A DNA stretch of 64,000 bases from Nitrospirota bacterium. Lineage in GTDB: Bacteria > Nitrospirota > Thermodesulfovibrionia > UBA6902. A program made the translations under genes and the position numbers. The notes below the pieces were generated by a model, which did no database searches, had not been told where the DNA came from, and saw only the letters and a list, made by a program, of their open reading frames with translations. Below, one piece after another: positions 21,504-31,117 of this stretch; the stretch's first letter is position 1; each line of letters starts with the position of its first letter. The stretch is taken from contig JACRLN010000015.1 in NCBI GenBank assembly GCA_016215115.1, positions 22,741-86,740 on the forward strand, in the 5' to 3' direction.

Positions 21504-21720
21504 TTATTTTCTTATTCCAGGTACATTCCCAGCATTTTCCAAATATTTTTCTGTTACTTCAAACACATTAAAATAACCGTTAATCACCTGACCCTGGCTC
21601 TTGAATTTCCTGTCAGGCTCCACAGTCCCGATCTTTTTCTTTACCTCAGGCTTTTTCATGTCTATAACATAAACAGATGGGAAGGCCGGATCACCCCGGC
21701 CTTCCATGATAGAAATACTT
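21504..21720 (-). pseudogene. C-terminal remnant of a paralog of the adjacent beta-propeller
   Basis: VYVIDMKKPEVKKKI...GQVINGYFNVFE aligns with VYEIDLSGVSPLVSKKI...GQVVNTYTNIFE. Confidence 0.6.
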
Positions 21721-23100
21721 CTATTCAAATAGTTTTCCCGGAATTTCAAAGATGTTGGTATAGGTGTTCACGACTTGTCCGGTCCCGCCTCCTGCCGGGG
21801 TGGTTAAATCAGGCATCACTATTGTAATTTTTTTGGATACAAGAGGTGACACGCCGCTCAGGTCAATCTCATAAACGGCTCCGTCTACTCTGTTGGAGAC
21901 GAATCCCGTTTCGCCGTCCGCTGTAAATGTGATATGCCCTATATGTATGCCGGTTCCGACTGCAAGATCAGTTTGTGCCCAGTTATTTGACTGATCTAAG
22001 AGTGTCAGCATATTGGTTCCATACTTGGTAATTGCCACAGTCTTTCCATTAGGGCTGAGATAGGCATGGCCGTCCCCACCTGCAGATGTCACCACATGGG
22101 CTGCCAACTGTAATGTTGCCGCATCATAGACATCAACTGTAATGCCTGTAAGGTTATTACCGGGGCCGCGGTTGCAGAAGTAGAAATACTTGCCGTCCAG
22201 GCTGAAGTTTCCATGATGACCTTCAATCACCTCATTATTCACCAGTACACCGTTAAGCATGGGAACAGACATTGTTATGTTTTCCAGGTCAACAACGTAG
22301 ATATGTGGAGCAACAACAGGATTGGCAGAGTTATAAAGCGTCCCTGACGGACCTTCTGTTACAATCCACATCTCCTTGCCGTCATTGGAAGGAGCCATGT
22401 AATGCGGATTATTGTTATATCCCGGTATGGAAAGATCAAATGTTTTTACCAGGGTAAACAACTCGCCTTTCTTATTGGGCGTTTTAATTACATAGACCTT
22501 GTCGTCATCATAGCTTGATGTGAAGAAATATTTGCTGTTCCATGACCAAGCGTTATGCATCGACTGATTCCCGTTGGAGTTAGGATTAGTCAGAGTAAGG
22601 TCGATATTCTGATACACTGTATCGGTAGAGGCATCAATAAAGCTTACCCTTAGTGTTCCATCAGGATTACGCCTCCACTGGTTGACTCCTACCCATTTGC
22701 CGTTTGGGGAGACAATGGCATGCTTCGGCCTGATGTCGCCAGTTCCTATAATGATATCTTTAGTCTTTGCGAGTTTTCTGGTGCTGATCACTGTTACTGT
22801 GTTCATATTGGCGCCTGCATTACTCACGTACAGTTTTTTTCCGTTAGGCGTGAGCGCTGCGAGAGTGCCGCCTGTATTCACATCCCCCGGGATGCCGTTT
22901 CCGTCCACATCGGTGTCAATTGATTTAATAACCGCTCCTGTAGCCTCATCAATCACATTTACCAATCCCCTGCTATGCAAGGCATAGGTGTAAGAACTCT
23001 CTCCATCGTCATCGCCATAACTGACACTGGGAATAGCAAACACACCGAGTAAAAACAACAATACTAAACAACCTATACTTTTAAAACACTTTTTAGTCAT
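21721..23100 (-). CDS. Secreted YVTN/YncE-like seven-blade beta-propeller with His at blade starts (putative multicopper protein)
   Basis: Sec signal; repeated (S/T)P(N/D)GK blade motifs; His 127, 182, 233, 295, 296, 345, 386/389; GGAGG SD. Confidence 0.8.
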   Translation of the reverse strand: MTKKCFKSIGCLVLLFLLGVFAIPSVSYGDDDGESSYTYALHSRGLVNVIDEATGAVIKSIDTDVDGNGIPGDVNTGGTLAALTPNGKKLYVSNAGANMNTVTVISTRKLAKTKDIIIGTGDIRPKHAIVSPNGKWVGVNQWRRNPDGTLRVSFIDASTDTVYQNIDLTLTNPNSNGNQSMHNAWSWNSKYFFTSSYDDDKVYVIKTPNKKGELFTLVKTFDLSIPGYNNNPHYMAPSNDGKEMWIVTEGPSGTLYNSANPVVAPHIYVVDLENITMSVPMLNGVLVNNEVIEGHHGNFSLDGKYFYFCNRGPGNNLTGITVDVYDAATLQLAAHVVTSAGGDGHAYLSPNGKTVAITKYGTNMLTLLDQSNNWAQTDLAVGTGIHIGHITFTADGETGFVSNRVDGAVYEIDLSGVSPLVSKKITIVMPDLTTPAGGGTGQVVNTYTNIFEIPGKLFE

Positions 23101-23285
23101 GTAACCTCCTCTTTTGATAACAACTATTTACCAGAGCGAAATGCCTGGCTGTTTCCACTTATCCCGCGCTTTCACCTCCTTTCAGAGAAAATTGGTTGAC
23201 AGGTAATTTTTGAATTCAAAGATTTTGTAATTTCAAAAAAACTTAATCCGATAAGACAAGAGTTTCAGTGATAGAATACTTATAA

Positions 23286-23300
23286 GCAATTATGATTCCA
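23286..23300 (-). promoter_or_regulatory. sigma54 -24/-12 promoter for the beta-propeller gene
   Basis: Minus strand TGGAATCATAATTGC with correct GG-N10-GC spacing. Confidence 0.7.
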
Positions 23301-23377
23301 TGATAAGAATTAACAGATTATCGTTTAAAATGCACCGGATAAGCGAAGCTTGCTATTTATATAAACCGTATAGAAGC

Positions 23378-23482
23378 GCAACAAATTTTGCAGTCAACTC
23401 ACAAAGGGATTATTATCCCTTGAATATTAAATATATTTTTCAGAAACGCAAAAGATGTTGCAGGCTTGCAAAAGATGTTGCA
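23378..23482. promoter_or_regulatory. Three candidate enhancer (UAS) sites for the sigma54 activator
   Basis: GCAAAAGATGTTGCA at 23448 and 23468 (20-bp period) and inverted GCAACAAATTTTGCA at 23378. Confidence 0.6.
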
Positions 23483-23497
23483 CTATTTTGGAAGGAC

Positions 23498-24913
23498 TTA
23501 TGAACTTCTTGATTTCCTCAGCAGCCGCCTGTTAAGGGCCTGACGGGTAATGCCCAGAAAGGATGCAGCGATGCCCTGTTTACCTTTAGCGCGATTCATT
23601 GCCTCAGCTATTGCAAAGTCTTCGATTTCATTCAGGGTAGGAAATCTTCCCTGAATTTGCGGCCACACGATTGATTCCTTAAGAGGTTCAGAAAGAAGCT
23701 CTTTCCCATATGCTCCTTTCTGAATGAGATAATGCTTGAAACTATCAACTGACAGTGAACCGGATTTATATTGGGCAACGATATCATAAACCATAGTCTG
23801 CAGCTCACGCACGTTACCGGGGAAATTATAATTTGAAAGCAGGGTTACAATCTTGTGCGAATATACAGGCTTTCCTTTTGACAGTGATTTTAAAGCCTGT
23901 TCAAGGAAATAGTCAAAAAGCAATGGTATATCTTCACTCCTTTCACGCAGTGGGGGAATATGAACACTATGACCGCAAAGTCTGTAATATAAATCTCTCC
24001 GAAACGTTCCATCGGCAATTGCCTTTTCAAGGTCTTTATTGGTAGAGGCAACAATACGCGCATCGCTTTTTCTTGGGACATCAGCGCCAATCGGGTAGTA
24101 TTTCTGTTCCTCAAGAAGACGCAGGAGCTTGACCTGCGAGATCTCATTTAGGTCGCCTATTTCATCAAGAAGCAAAATCCCTCCTGATGCCTGAACAATC
24201 AGCCCCTCTCTTTCCTGTTCAGCGCCGGTAAAAGCCCCTTTTTTATGACCAAATAGTGTATCTGAAAATATTGCATCATCAAGGCCGGCCACATTCACTG
24301 GGACAAACTTGCCCTTCAGTCCGCTCAAGACATATATTGCTTTTGCAAGCAGTTCTTTCCCCACGCCGGTTTCACCAAAGATACAAACAGGCCTTTGTGT
24401 CTTTGCAATTGCTTCAACGTAACGGAAGATGGACAGCATTTTGAGGCTGTTCGTAATGATTGACGAAAAAGCATCCTCGCATTCAATGCCGTCGGCAAGA
24501 AGATGGTGTTTGAGATAAGACACTTCATTATGCAGGTCTCTGAACTCAAGCGCCATTGTAACACTCGTAATAAAACGGTTCTTGTCAACAGGTTTGACGA
24601 GATAATCAAAGGCACCTTCTTTCATGCACTCCACGGCGGTCTTCAATTCATTTACAGCAGTCATGACAATAACCGGTATTTGGGGGAATTCACGTCTGAT
24701 TTTTGAGAGCAATTCATTTCCTGACATATACGGCATAACCAAATCCAGCACGATAACAGCTACATTCTTTTCAGATAGTAACTGCAAAACTTTCCTGCTG
24801 TCCTCAAGAGTCAGAACCGGAGCAATTCCCGCATAACGCAGGAAAAGGCTGTAGTTGAGTAAGATTTCTTCCTCGTCATCTACGAGGAGTATCGGAAGAC
24901 CATCGCTGTTCAA
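23498..24913 (-). CDS. NtrC-family sigma54-dependent response regulator
   Basis: REC domain, GETGVGKE, GAFTGA, LLDEIGD, FPGNVREL, Fis HTH; TTG start with AGGAG. Confidence 0.95.
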   Translation of the reverse strand: MNSDGLPILLVDDEEEILLNYSLFLRYAGIAPVLTLEDSRKVLQLLSEKNVAVIVLDLVMPYMSGNELLSKIRREFPQIPVIVMTAVNELKTAVECMKEGAFDYLVKPVDKNRFITSVTMALEFRDLHNEVSYLKHHLLADGIECEDAFSSIITNSLKMLSIFRYVEAIAKTQRPVCIFGETGVGKELLAKAIYVLSGLKGKFVPVNVAGLDDAIFSDTLFGHKKGAFTGAEQEREGLIVQASGGILLLDEIGDLNEISQVKLLRLLEEQKYYPIGADVPRKSDARIVASTNKDLEKAIADGTFRRDLYYRLCGHSVHIPPLRERSEDIPLLFDYFLEQALKSLSKGKPVYSHKIVTLLSNYNFPGNVRELQTMVYDIVAQYKSGSLSVDSFKHYLIQKGAYGKELLSEPLKESIVWPQIQGRFPTLNEIEDFAIAEAMNRAKGKQGIAASFLGITRQALNRRLLRKSRSS

Positions 24914-26796
24914 TTAATTGCTCCTTAAAACGTAATTTATCATATACTGGAAATGTAATACAGGCGGTAGATCCCTTGCCCGGTTCAGAGGTAAATTCCA
25001 TACTGCCTTTATGCTCCTTTATGATTGCATATGATATTGAAAGCCCAAGGCCGGTACCGCCCTGATTTAACTTCGTAGTGAAAAATGGCTCGGTAATACG
25101 GAGTCTTGTCAATAGGTGTGTAAATAGCCATCAGGCGGCCATCCTTTCCAGCACCTTTGATTCTTGTTTTATCACCCCATCGACAAACGTTTTTCCGTTA
25201 TAAACATCAGGCAGCAACCAGTGACCCTTTAGGGAGCGAACATGTAACGTGAAAATTATTGGTGAATTTTTTTATTTCTGCATTAAGAAAGAATATTGCG
25301 TTCTCAACAACTTTATTGACGTCGACTTTCTCGTCCAAGTTTCCTGTGTCAGCTCTGGCAAAGTTTTTTAAACTGTCAACAATGTTTTTTATCCTTTCCG
25401 TACCTTTGGTAATAGTGTTAAGCAGTCTTGGAACAAGACTCTGAATTTCCGAAAATTTCATATCTCCGATAGGGAAATCACCGTTTTTTTTGTAATGCTC
25501 GTTAAGCACCTGAAAGATATCTTCCCAGATGTCATTGAACAGTTGAGCATTGGACATTATAAAGCTGTTGGGGTTGTTAATCTCATGGGCTACGCCTGAA
25601 ACGAGGGTGCCGAGGGAAGTCATCTTGTTTGCATGAATAAGTTTTGCCTGAATTATCTTCGCCTCTTCTTCTCGGGCCTGCTCCTCTGCCTGTTTTTTTA
25701 TAATCTCACGCGACCTGACAACTTCTTCTGTCAAATGCTGAAAACGTTCTTCAAGGATATGGAGCTGGTCACCTTTCTGTATTTCCTGCTGCTGTAAGCC
25801 CAAAGTATGCTGAGAGAAATCAGCTACGCGGCGTGTTACGCGTTGAATGCGCTGCGTAATCCAGAATGTGACTGCCGCAAAAGCAGTTATAAACACAATA
25901 GCCGATATGGCGCGCTCCCTGCGCTCCTTCGTAATAAGCGTTCTGGTTAATGAATTCACCTCTGTCATTGATATGAACGAGGCGAATCTCACAACAAGTT
26001 CCGAGGAGCCGTAATCAAAAAACTCCTTGCCGGTCATAAGATAACCGTCCTTCAGAACATCAAGCGGTGTGCCTTCCGGAATTGCCGTAAGATTACTGCT
26101 CGTCAGCACGCGGGGATTTTCCCCCGGAGTCAACAACGCCGCTACGCCTCTGTTTGTTGAACCGCCAATTGAAGCGTTCAGAAATTTCTCATCTATGGGG
26201 GTGGCAAGCATCAACGTGGCAAGCAGATTTTGATGAGAATCCGCATACGGAGCGGATGTCACCAGAAAAGGGGCGCTGTTAAAAGTGATCAGGTAGCTCT
26301 GCCCGCTGCTTTTTTCAATGAGCAGGCCCGGCGGATGAAGCAAAGGCTGCGGCAGAGTCTCCTTATAGCTTTGATATGCCTCTCTGACATTTCCCCGTGA
26401 ATCTATTAATAATGCGTAACCTGGGGAGGCAAGTGTGTGCAGCATTGAACGGCTGGGAAACCACGGCGGAGGGTGATCGTAATACGCAACCCCGGCTATA
26501 TTTCCTTCATGCCATTTGCGGCTCTCAATATAATCACTGAAGTTCTTTTGTATTATGGAAAGCCTTGCCAGGTGCTGATAGACCTTTACATACCGGTCAA
26601 ATCGAAGCCGGTCTTCCATTGCCTGATGTCCGAGTCTTTCAGTTAATTGAGCTAAAAAAATATCCTTTATTCGGCGGCTCTGAACATAATCCAGTACAAC
26701 CCATAACACAATCCCCGTAATAACGCTGATCGCTGTCAGCTTGAAGGTTAACGGAATCCGGTAATACCGATTACGACATTCTGTGCGAATATTCAT
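24876..26796 (-). pseudogene. Membrane sensor histidine kinase broken by an IS remnant, with N and G1 boxes deleted
   Basis: 5' part has VAHEINNP and ends at NFHVTC. 3' part resumes at RITEPFFTTK...GTGLGL in a separate ORF. Confidence 0.8.
25101..25238 (-). mobile_element. IS256-family right-end remnant
   Basis: Encodes RSLKGHWLLPDVYNGKTFVDGV...ERMAA* followed by TTTACACACCTATTGACAAGACTC terminal repeat. Confidence 0.75.
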
Positions 26797-26869
26797 AGCG
26801 AACTCAATAAAATGTATTTAATAAACCACCTTATCTTTCACCGTGCCTCAGCGCCTGCGGTTAATGGTA

Positions 26870-27901
26870 TTATCGGGATAAATGCGCATCTGGCTCCCCG
26901 GTTAATTCATTGCCTTTAAATTTCCAGCCGGCTTTTCGCAGACGTGAAGCGGGAATGATGTTGTGCGCTTTATCAAGGTTTTCAACATGCTGCAATAAAT
27001 ACTCAACCAATCCTTTGGCGCGCGGATTTTCAACCCCCTTCCCTTCCCAAGTTGCAAGATTATAGACGCGATATAATGGATACCTCAGGGATATCAGATG
27101 TTCCGCTTCATACGGGCTGTAGCCGTTAATCCTGATGGCTTTAACTTTCCCTTTATCCTTATAACGAATGGTGTTCCATAAAACTTCATATCCTATGGCT
27201 CCAGGATTTAATGCAACCTGAGAAATCATATCGGGAATGGCCCCTACATCTTGAATGCCTGGGTCAAACATATCTTCGTTGTCAAGGAGCAGCCGCCAAT
27301 GTCCCGGTCTTAATTTGCAGTGCAATCTTGTTACAGGTTGAATCAGCAGGTTTGGACCCTTGCCGCCGTTGGAAGTAGTCAGCTCTGACCAGCGGCGGAT
27401 TTCTCCTCTAAAAATCTGCCGAGCCTGTCCGATTGAAATGTTATCAACAGGATTAGCAGGATGGACCAGAAGCGCCTTCGCATCAATTCCAAGCGTATGA
27501 AACCTCAGCCCGGGCAGCCTGTCTGTTTTGTCAGGCGGACAGCAAAATCCGCCGATATCCACTGTTTTATTAACCAGCGCGCCTGAAGTAATTCCACATG
27601 TGCCCTCATTAACGACAATCCTGAGTTTATGTTTTTTCCCGTATTCCTGAATAAGGGGCTGTAGGGCGTCATACAGATGCTGATCAAGGGAAAGCACAAG
27701 GTCTGCATCACCTTCCGATTTCTCATATTTAATAGGTTGTCTTATCCAAACCTCCGGCATCGATTGTGTTTGCAAAGGATCAGTAAAAGACGGCCCTTTT
27801 GCATTATCTTGTGTGTTGTGTCCGGTAAATCCTCCTGTTAAAAATAATACCAGCACGGCAAGAAAGTATATGGGAAACATTCGACGCCTTGATATTTTCA
27901 T
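26870..27901 (-). CDS. PstS-like periplasmic binding protein with Cys/His motifs, upstream of the kinase
   Basis: VHPANPVDNIS, IFRGEIRRWSEL, NPGAIGY, YPLYR; extra GTCG, GGFCCPP, RLHCKLRPGHW. Confidence 0.78.
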   Translation of the reverse strand: MKISRRRMFPIYFLAVLVLFLTGGFTGHNTQDNAKGPSFTDPLQTQSMPEVWIRQPIKYEKSEGDADLVLSLDQHLYDALQPLIQEYGKKHKLRIVVNEGTCGITSGALVNKTVDIGGFCCPPDKTDRLPGLRFHTLGIDAKALLVHPANPVDNISIGQARQIFRGEIRRWSELTTSNGGKGPNLLIQPVTRLHCKLRPGHWRLLLDNEDMFDPGIQDVGAIPDMISQVALNPGAIGYEVLWNTIRYKDKGKVKAIRINGYSPYEAEHLISLRYPLYRVYNLATWEGKGVENPRAKGLVEYLLQHVENLDKAHNIIPASRLRKAGWKFKGNELTGEPDAHLSR

Positions 27902-28184
27902 ATTATTTCCTCTTTCCCCGTTCATAGGTTTTAGATGTAAAAACAATTACCTCGTTTTTTGACAATAAATAAGGTGGAATATTTATTTGTTTTTAGTATA
28001 ACAAAACAACAAATAAGTATAGTGATTTTTATTCTATATGAAGATGAGTAGACTTACAAAGAAGCTGCATGATAGAACGTAGAACTTATAATCTTAATCA
28101 GTAATTAGTAACTTTTGACAAGCCCGAAGAAGTATTGCTTGGTGATAGGAATATCTTGATATAAAGAAGATCAAAACCCGTGAG

Positions 28185-30329
28185 CTATAATGCCGACTCG
28201 CTTGCAGCCGATTTCAGCGCCTTATGGTAAAACTTGTTCACATACTCTTTTACCATTCTGCGTGCACTGAATCCGGCCCCTGTATTCTTTATTGCCTCTT
28301 TCATGACTTTCACCCATTGGTGAGGGATACCGTCATCTTCAATCTTGTAGTACAGCGGTATTATCTCTGATTCAAGGAGAGTATAAATTGCTTCGGCATC
28401 CCGGTCATCACCAAACCCGGGGAATCCCCATCCGTTCCGTCCGTTAAAACCCTCTATCCACCAGCCATCCAGAATGCTCAGGTGCGGGACCCCGTTGAGG
28501 GTCGCTTTCATTCCACTGGTTCCACATGCCTCCATCGGAGGCACAGGATTGTTGAGCCAGAGGTCTACTCCGTGCACCATGTATTGTGCAAGTTGTTCAT
28601 CATAGTCTTCGACAAAGGCTATCCTTCCGGCAAAATCGGGGTTTTCAGTAAAATTAAATATACGCTGGAGTATTCTTTTGCCCTCATCATCTGCAGGGTG
28701 GGCCTTGCCGGCAAAGATGATCTGGAGAGGTCTCCAGCGACTATTGAGAAATTTCTTCAGACGATCAAGATCATGGAATATCAGGTCTGCCCTCTTGTAG
28801 GTCGCAAAGCGGCGGGCAAAACCCATAGTGAAAGCCATCGGGTCCAGTAATGTTCCACCGGCTATAATATTGAGTGGACTGTTCCTTTCTTCCACCCATC
28901 TTTTCCGTGCCTGTTCCCGTATAAAATTAATCAGTTTAATTTTTACCCATATGTATGCCTGCCACAATTCTTCATCAGGAATGTCATCAACCGTCTTCCA
29001 GATATCCGGATTGTCGTGATCTTTCAGCCAGCTTTCACCAAGGTATTTATTGAAAAGAAGTTCCATCTTCGGTTCTATCCATGTAGGAACATGAATGCCA
29101 TTGGTTATGGAGTCAATGGGAATATCTTCTTCTTTTCGATCAGGCCAGAGGGACCGCCACATTTTCCGGGCTACTTCGCCGTGCCTTTTGCTCACACCAT
29201 TATTATAAGCCGACATCCTGAGCGCAAAGGCCGTCATGTTAAATCCTGCTGCAGGCTGCTCCGGATGTATTCCCAATTGGAGAAAGACGTCACGGTCCAA
29301 TCCCAGTTTTGGATAGTAGTGGCTGAAATACTTGTCCATGAGATGGAAGGGAAAAACATCATGCCCGGCCGGCACCGGGGTATGGGTCGTAAAAACAGTG
29401 GTATCACGCACCTGCCGTGCTGCGTCGTCAAAACCCATGCCGTCCTCTATACGCTCCCTGATCCGTTCCAGTATGGCGAATGCCGGGTGCCCCTCATTGA
29501 GATGTAATACAGAATGCCTTATGCCGAGGGTGTCTAAAACCTCGCGGCCTCCTATGCCGAGCACGATTTCCTGACGCAGCCGCTGTTCCATATCGCCTAT
29601 ATAGAGATGAGCGGATATTAACCGGTTCCACGGGTCGTTCAACTCTATATCCGTATCCATTAAATAAAGAGGTACCTTGCCGACAGAGACCTTCCATACC
29701 GCTACAAATATCGGGGGATCAATAAACGGCACCTTGACCACAAGTTGTTGACCTTTATCATTGAGAACCCTTTCGATTGGCGCTGCATCTCTGTCAAGAA
29801 TCTCATCTACGTGTTCCTGCCAGCCATCCACACGGATCTTCTGACGGAGATACCCTTCAGGGTACATGAAACCCATTGCTACCAGCGGTATCCCCAGGTC
29901 GCTGCATTCTTTGAGGTGATCACCCGCCAAAAAACCCAGTCCTCCGGCGTAGAAGGGGAGAGAACGATGCAATCCGTATTCAGCTGAAAAATAGGCTATG
30001 GGTGAACATCCTGTATCTAAAATATTTTCTGCAAACCAGCATGGTTTCCCTCCCATTTCATTATGAAATCTCTCAAGTACCGCGTCATAATGCTCCAGGT
30101 AGTCGGGATTACCCGCTGCTGATTCGAGGATTTCCCTGGGAATTTCTCTTAACATCTTTACCGGGTTATGAACGCTTTCCTTCCACGCCGGACGATCCAG
30201 CATTTTAAAGAGCATCCTTGCTGCAGGATGCCAGCTCCACCAGAGGTTATATGCCAGTTCCCCAAGACCTGCTATTCTATCAGGGACATGAGGAAATCTG
30301 TCTCGTAATAGACCTGCATCTTGTAACAT
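28185..30329 (-). CDS. glgP: Alpha-glucan (glycogen/starch) phosphorylase
   Basis: YFSAEYG, GGLGFLAGD, HLNEGH, ARRFATYKR, EACGTSGMK. Confidence 0.95.
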   Translation of the reverse strand: MLQDAGLLRDRFPHVPDRIAGLGELAYNLWWSWHPAARMLFKMLDRPAWKESVHNPVKMLREIPREILESAAGNPDYLEHYDAVLERFHNEMGGKPCWFAENILDTGCSPIAYFSAEYGLHRSLPFYAGGLGFLAGDHLKECSDLGIPLVAMGFMYPEGYLRQKIRVDGWQEHVDEILDRDAAPIERVLNDKGQQLVVKVPFIDPPIFVAVWKVSVGKVPLYLMDTDIELNDPWNRLISAHLYIGDMEQRLRQEIVLGIGGREVLDTLGIRHSVLHLNEGHPAFAILERIRERIEDGMGFDDAARQVRDTTVFTTHTPVPAGHDVFPFHLMDKYFSHYYPKLGLDRDVFLQLGIHPEQPAAGFNMTAFALRMSAYNNGVSKRHGEVARKMWRSLWPDRKEEDIPIDSITNGIHVPTWIEPKMELLFNKYLGESWLKDHDNPDIWKTVDDIPDEELWQAYIWVKIKLINFIREQARKRWVEERNSPLNIIAGGTLLDPMAFTMGFARRFATYKRADLIFHDLDRLKKFLNSRWRPLQIIFAGKAHPADDEGKRILQRIFNFTENPDFAGRIAFVEDYDEQLAQYMVHGVDLWLNNPVPPMEACGTSGMKATLNGVPHLSILDGWWIEGFNGRNGWGFPGFGDDRDAEAIYTLLESEIIPLYYKIEDDGIPHQWVKVMKEAIKNTGAGFSARRMVKEYVNKFYHKALKSAASESAL

Positions 30330-30412
30330 GATTTTGTATCTCCTTAAAGAGAATATTACCGCGTTTTTCCCTTGCCTTCAACTTTTTTATGGTACATATT
30401 TTTTACAACCTC

Positions 30413-30459
30413 TTGACAATCAATTCCAATTATGGTAAAACAAGACTAATTTAGTCCTG
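30413..30459 (+). promoter_or_regulatory. sigma70 promoter with overlapping palindromic operator (Rrf2 autoregulation)
   Basis: TTGACA-17 bp-TAAAAC followed by AAGACTAATTTAGTCCTG. Confidence 0.55.
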
Positions 30460-30572
30460 TTTCAAATGGATATATTATTAACTATGCCAGTTATGGATAA
30501 GACAGTTACAGTTTCTTATTATTCGAGAAAATTCGTGATAATTCGTGGCTAATATTTTTTTCAGGATAAACC

Positions 30573-30974
30573 ATGTATGTAACAAGAAAAGCAGATTATG
30601 CCATTCGATGCGTTCTTTATCTGTCGAGACATGTTGAGCGGGTGGCAAGTGTTGAAGAGATTTCAGGGGAAATGTCTGTCCCGAGAACCTTTCTCGCTAA
30701 AATCCTCCAGCGTCTCTTGAAGACAGGTATTGTGAAGTCTATCCGCGGAGTGAAAGGAGGGTTTCAACTTGCGAAGAAACCTCAGGACATTAACCTTCTT
30801 GAGGTGATAGAGACTATCCAGGGATCCTCTGCGGCAAATATATGTGCGATTGATAAAAGGTTGTGCAAACTCAGCAACACCTGCAGTGTTCACCCTGTTT
30901 GGGTGGAAATAAGAGGAATGGTAGAGAAAAGACTGAGAGAAGAAAATTTCGAAACATTGTTAAAGAAGAAATAA
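30573..30974 (+). CDS. Rrf2-family Fe-S transcriptional regulator
   Basis: DYAIR, RGVKGGFQLAK, C-x6-C-x5-C-x2-H. Confidence 0.92.
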   Translation: MYVTRKADYAIRCVLYLSRHVERVASVEEISGEMSVPRTFLAKILQRLLKTGIVKSIRGVKGGFQLAKKPQDINLLEVIETIQGSSAANICAIDKRLCKLSNTCSVHPVWVEIRGMVEKRLREENFETLLKKK

Positions 30975-31117
30975 TATTTTTTAAGGTAAATCAGTATATT
31001 GTTTGTCCTGTTTCATCATATAAGACAATATTGGCGGTTATTGTCATTTAAAAGAATTGCAATTTGATATAGATGTGATATAAATGAGAAAAGGAGTTTA
31101 TTAAGAAGGAGGCTTTT

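Noticed and set aside
21721-23100. Calling the propeller nosZ, nirS or nirF
   Set aside because: No CuA domain, no CxxCH, no nos or nir accessory genes in the window; only a general His-lined propeller resemblance.
23128-23185. Strong SD-like AAAGGAGGTGA and a tiny ORF in the propeller leader
   Set aside because: No well-spaced start codon or recognisable riboswitch fold; cannot be supported.
26870-27901. Calling it pstS of a phosphate ABC transporter
   Set aside because: No pstCAB nearby and the phosphate-binding motifs are replaced.
16157-28100. tRNA-anchored integrative island
   Set aside because: No integrase and no duplicated tRNA 3' end was seen, although the region looks accessory.
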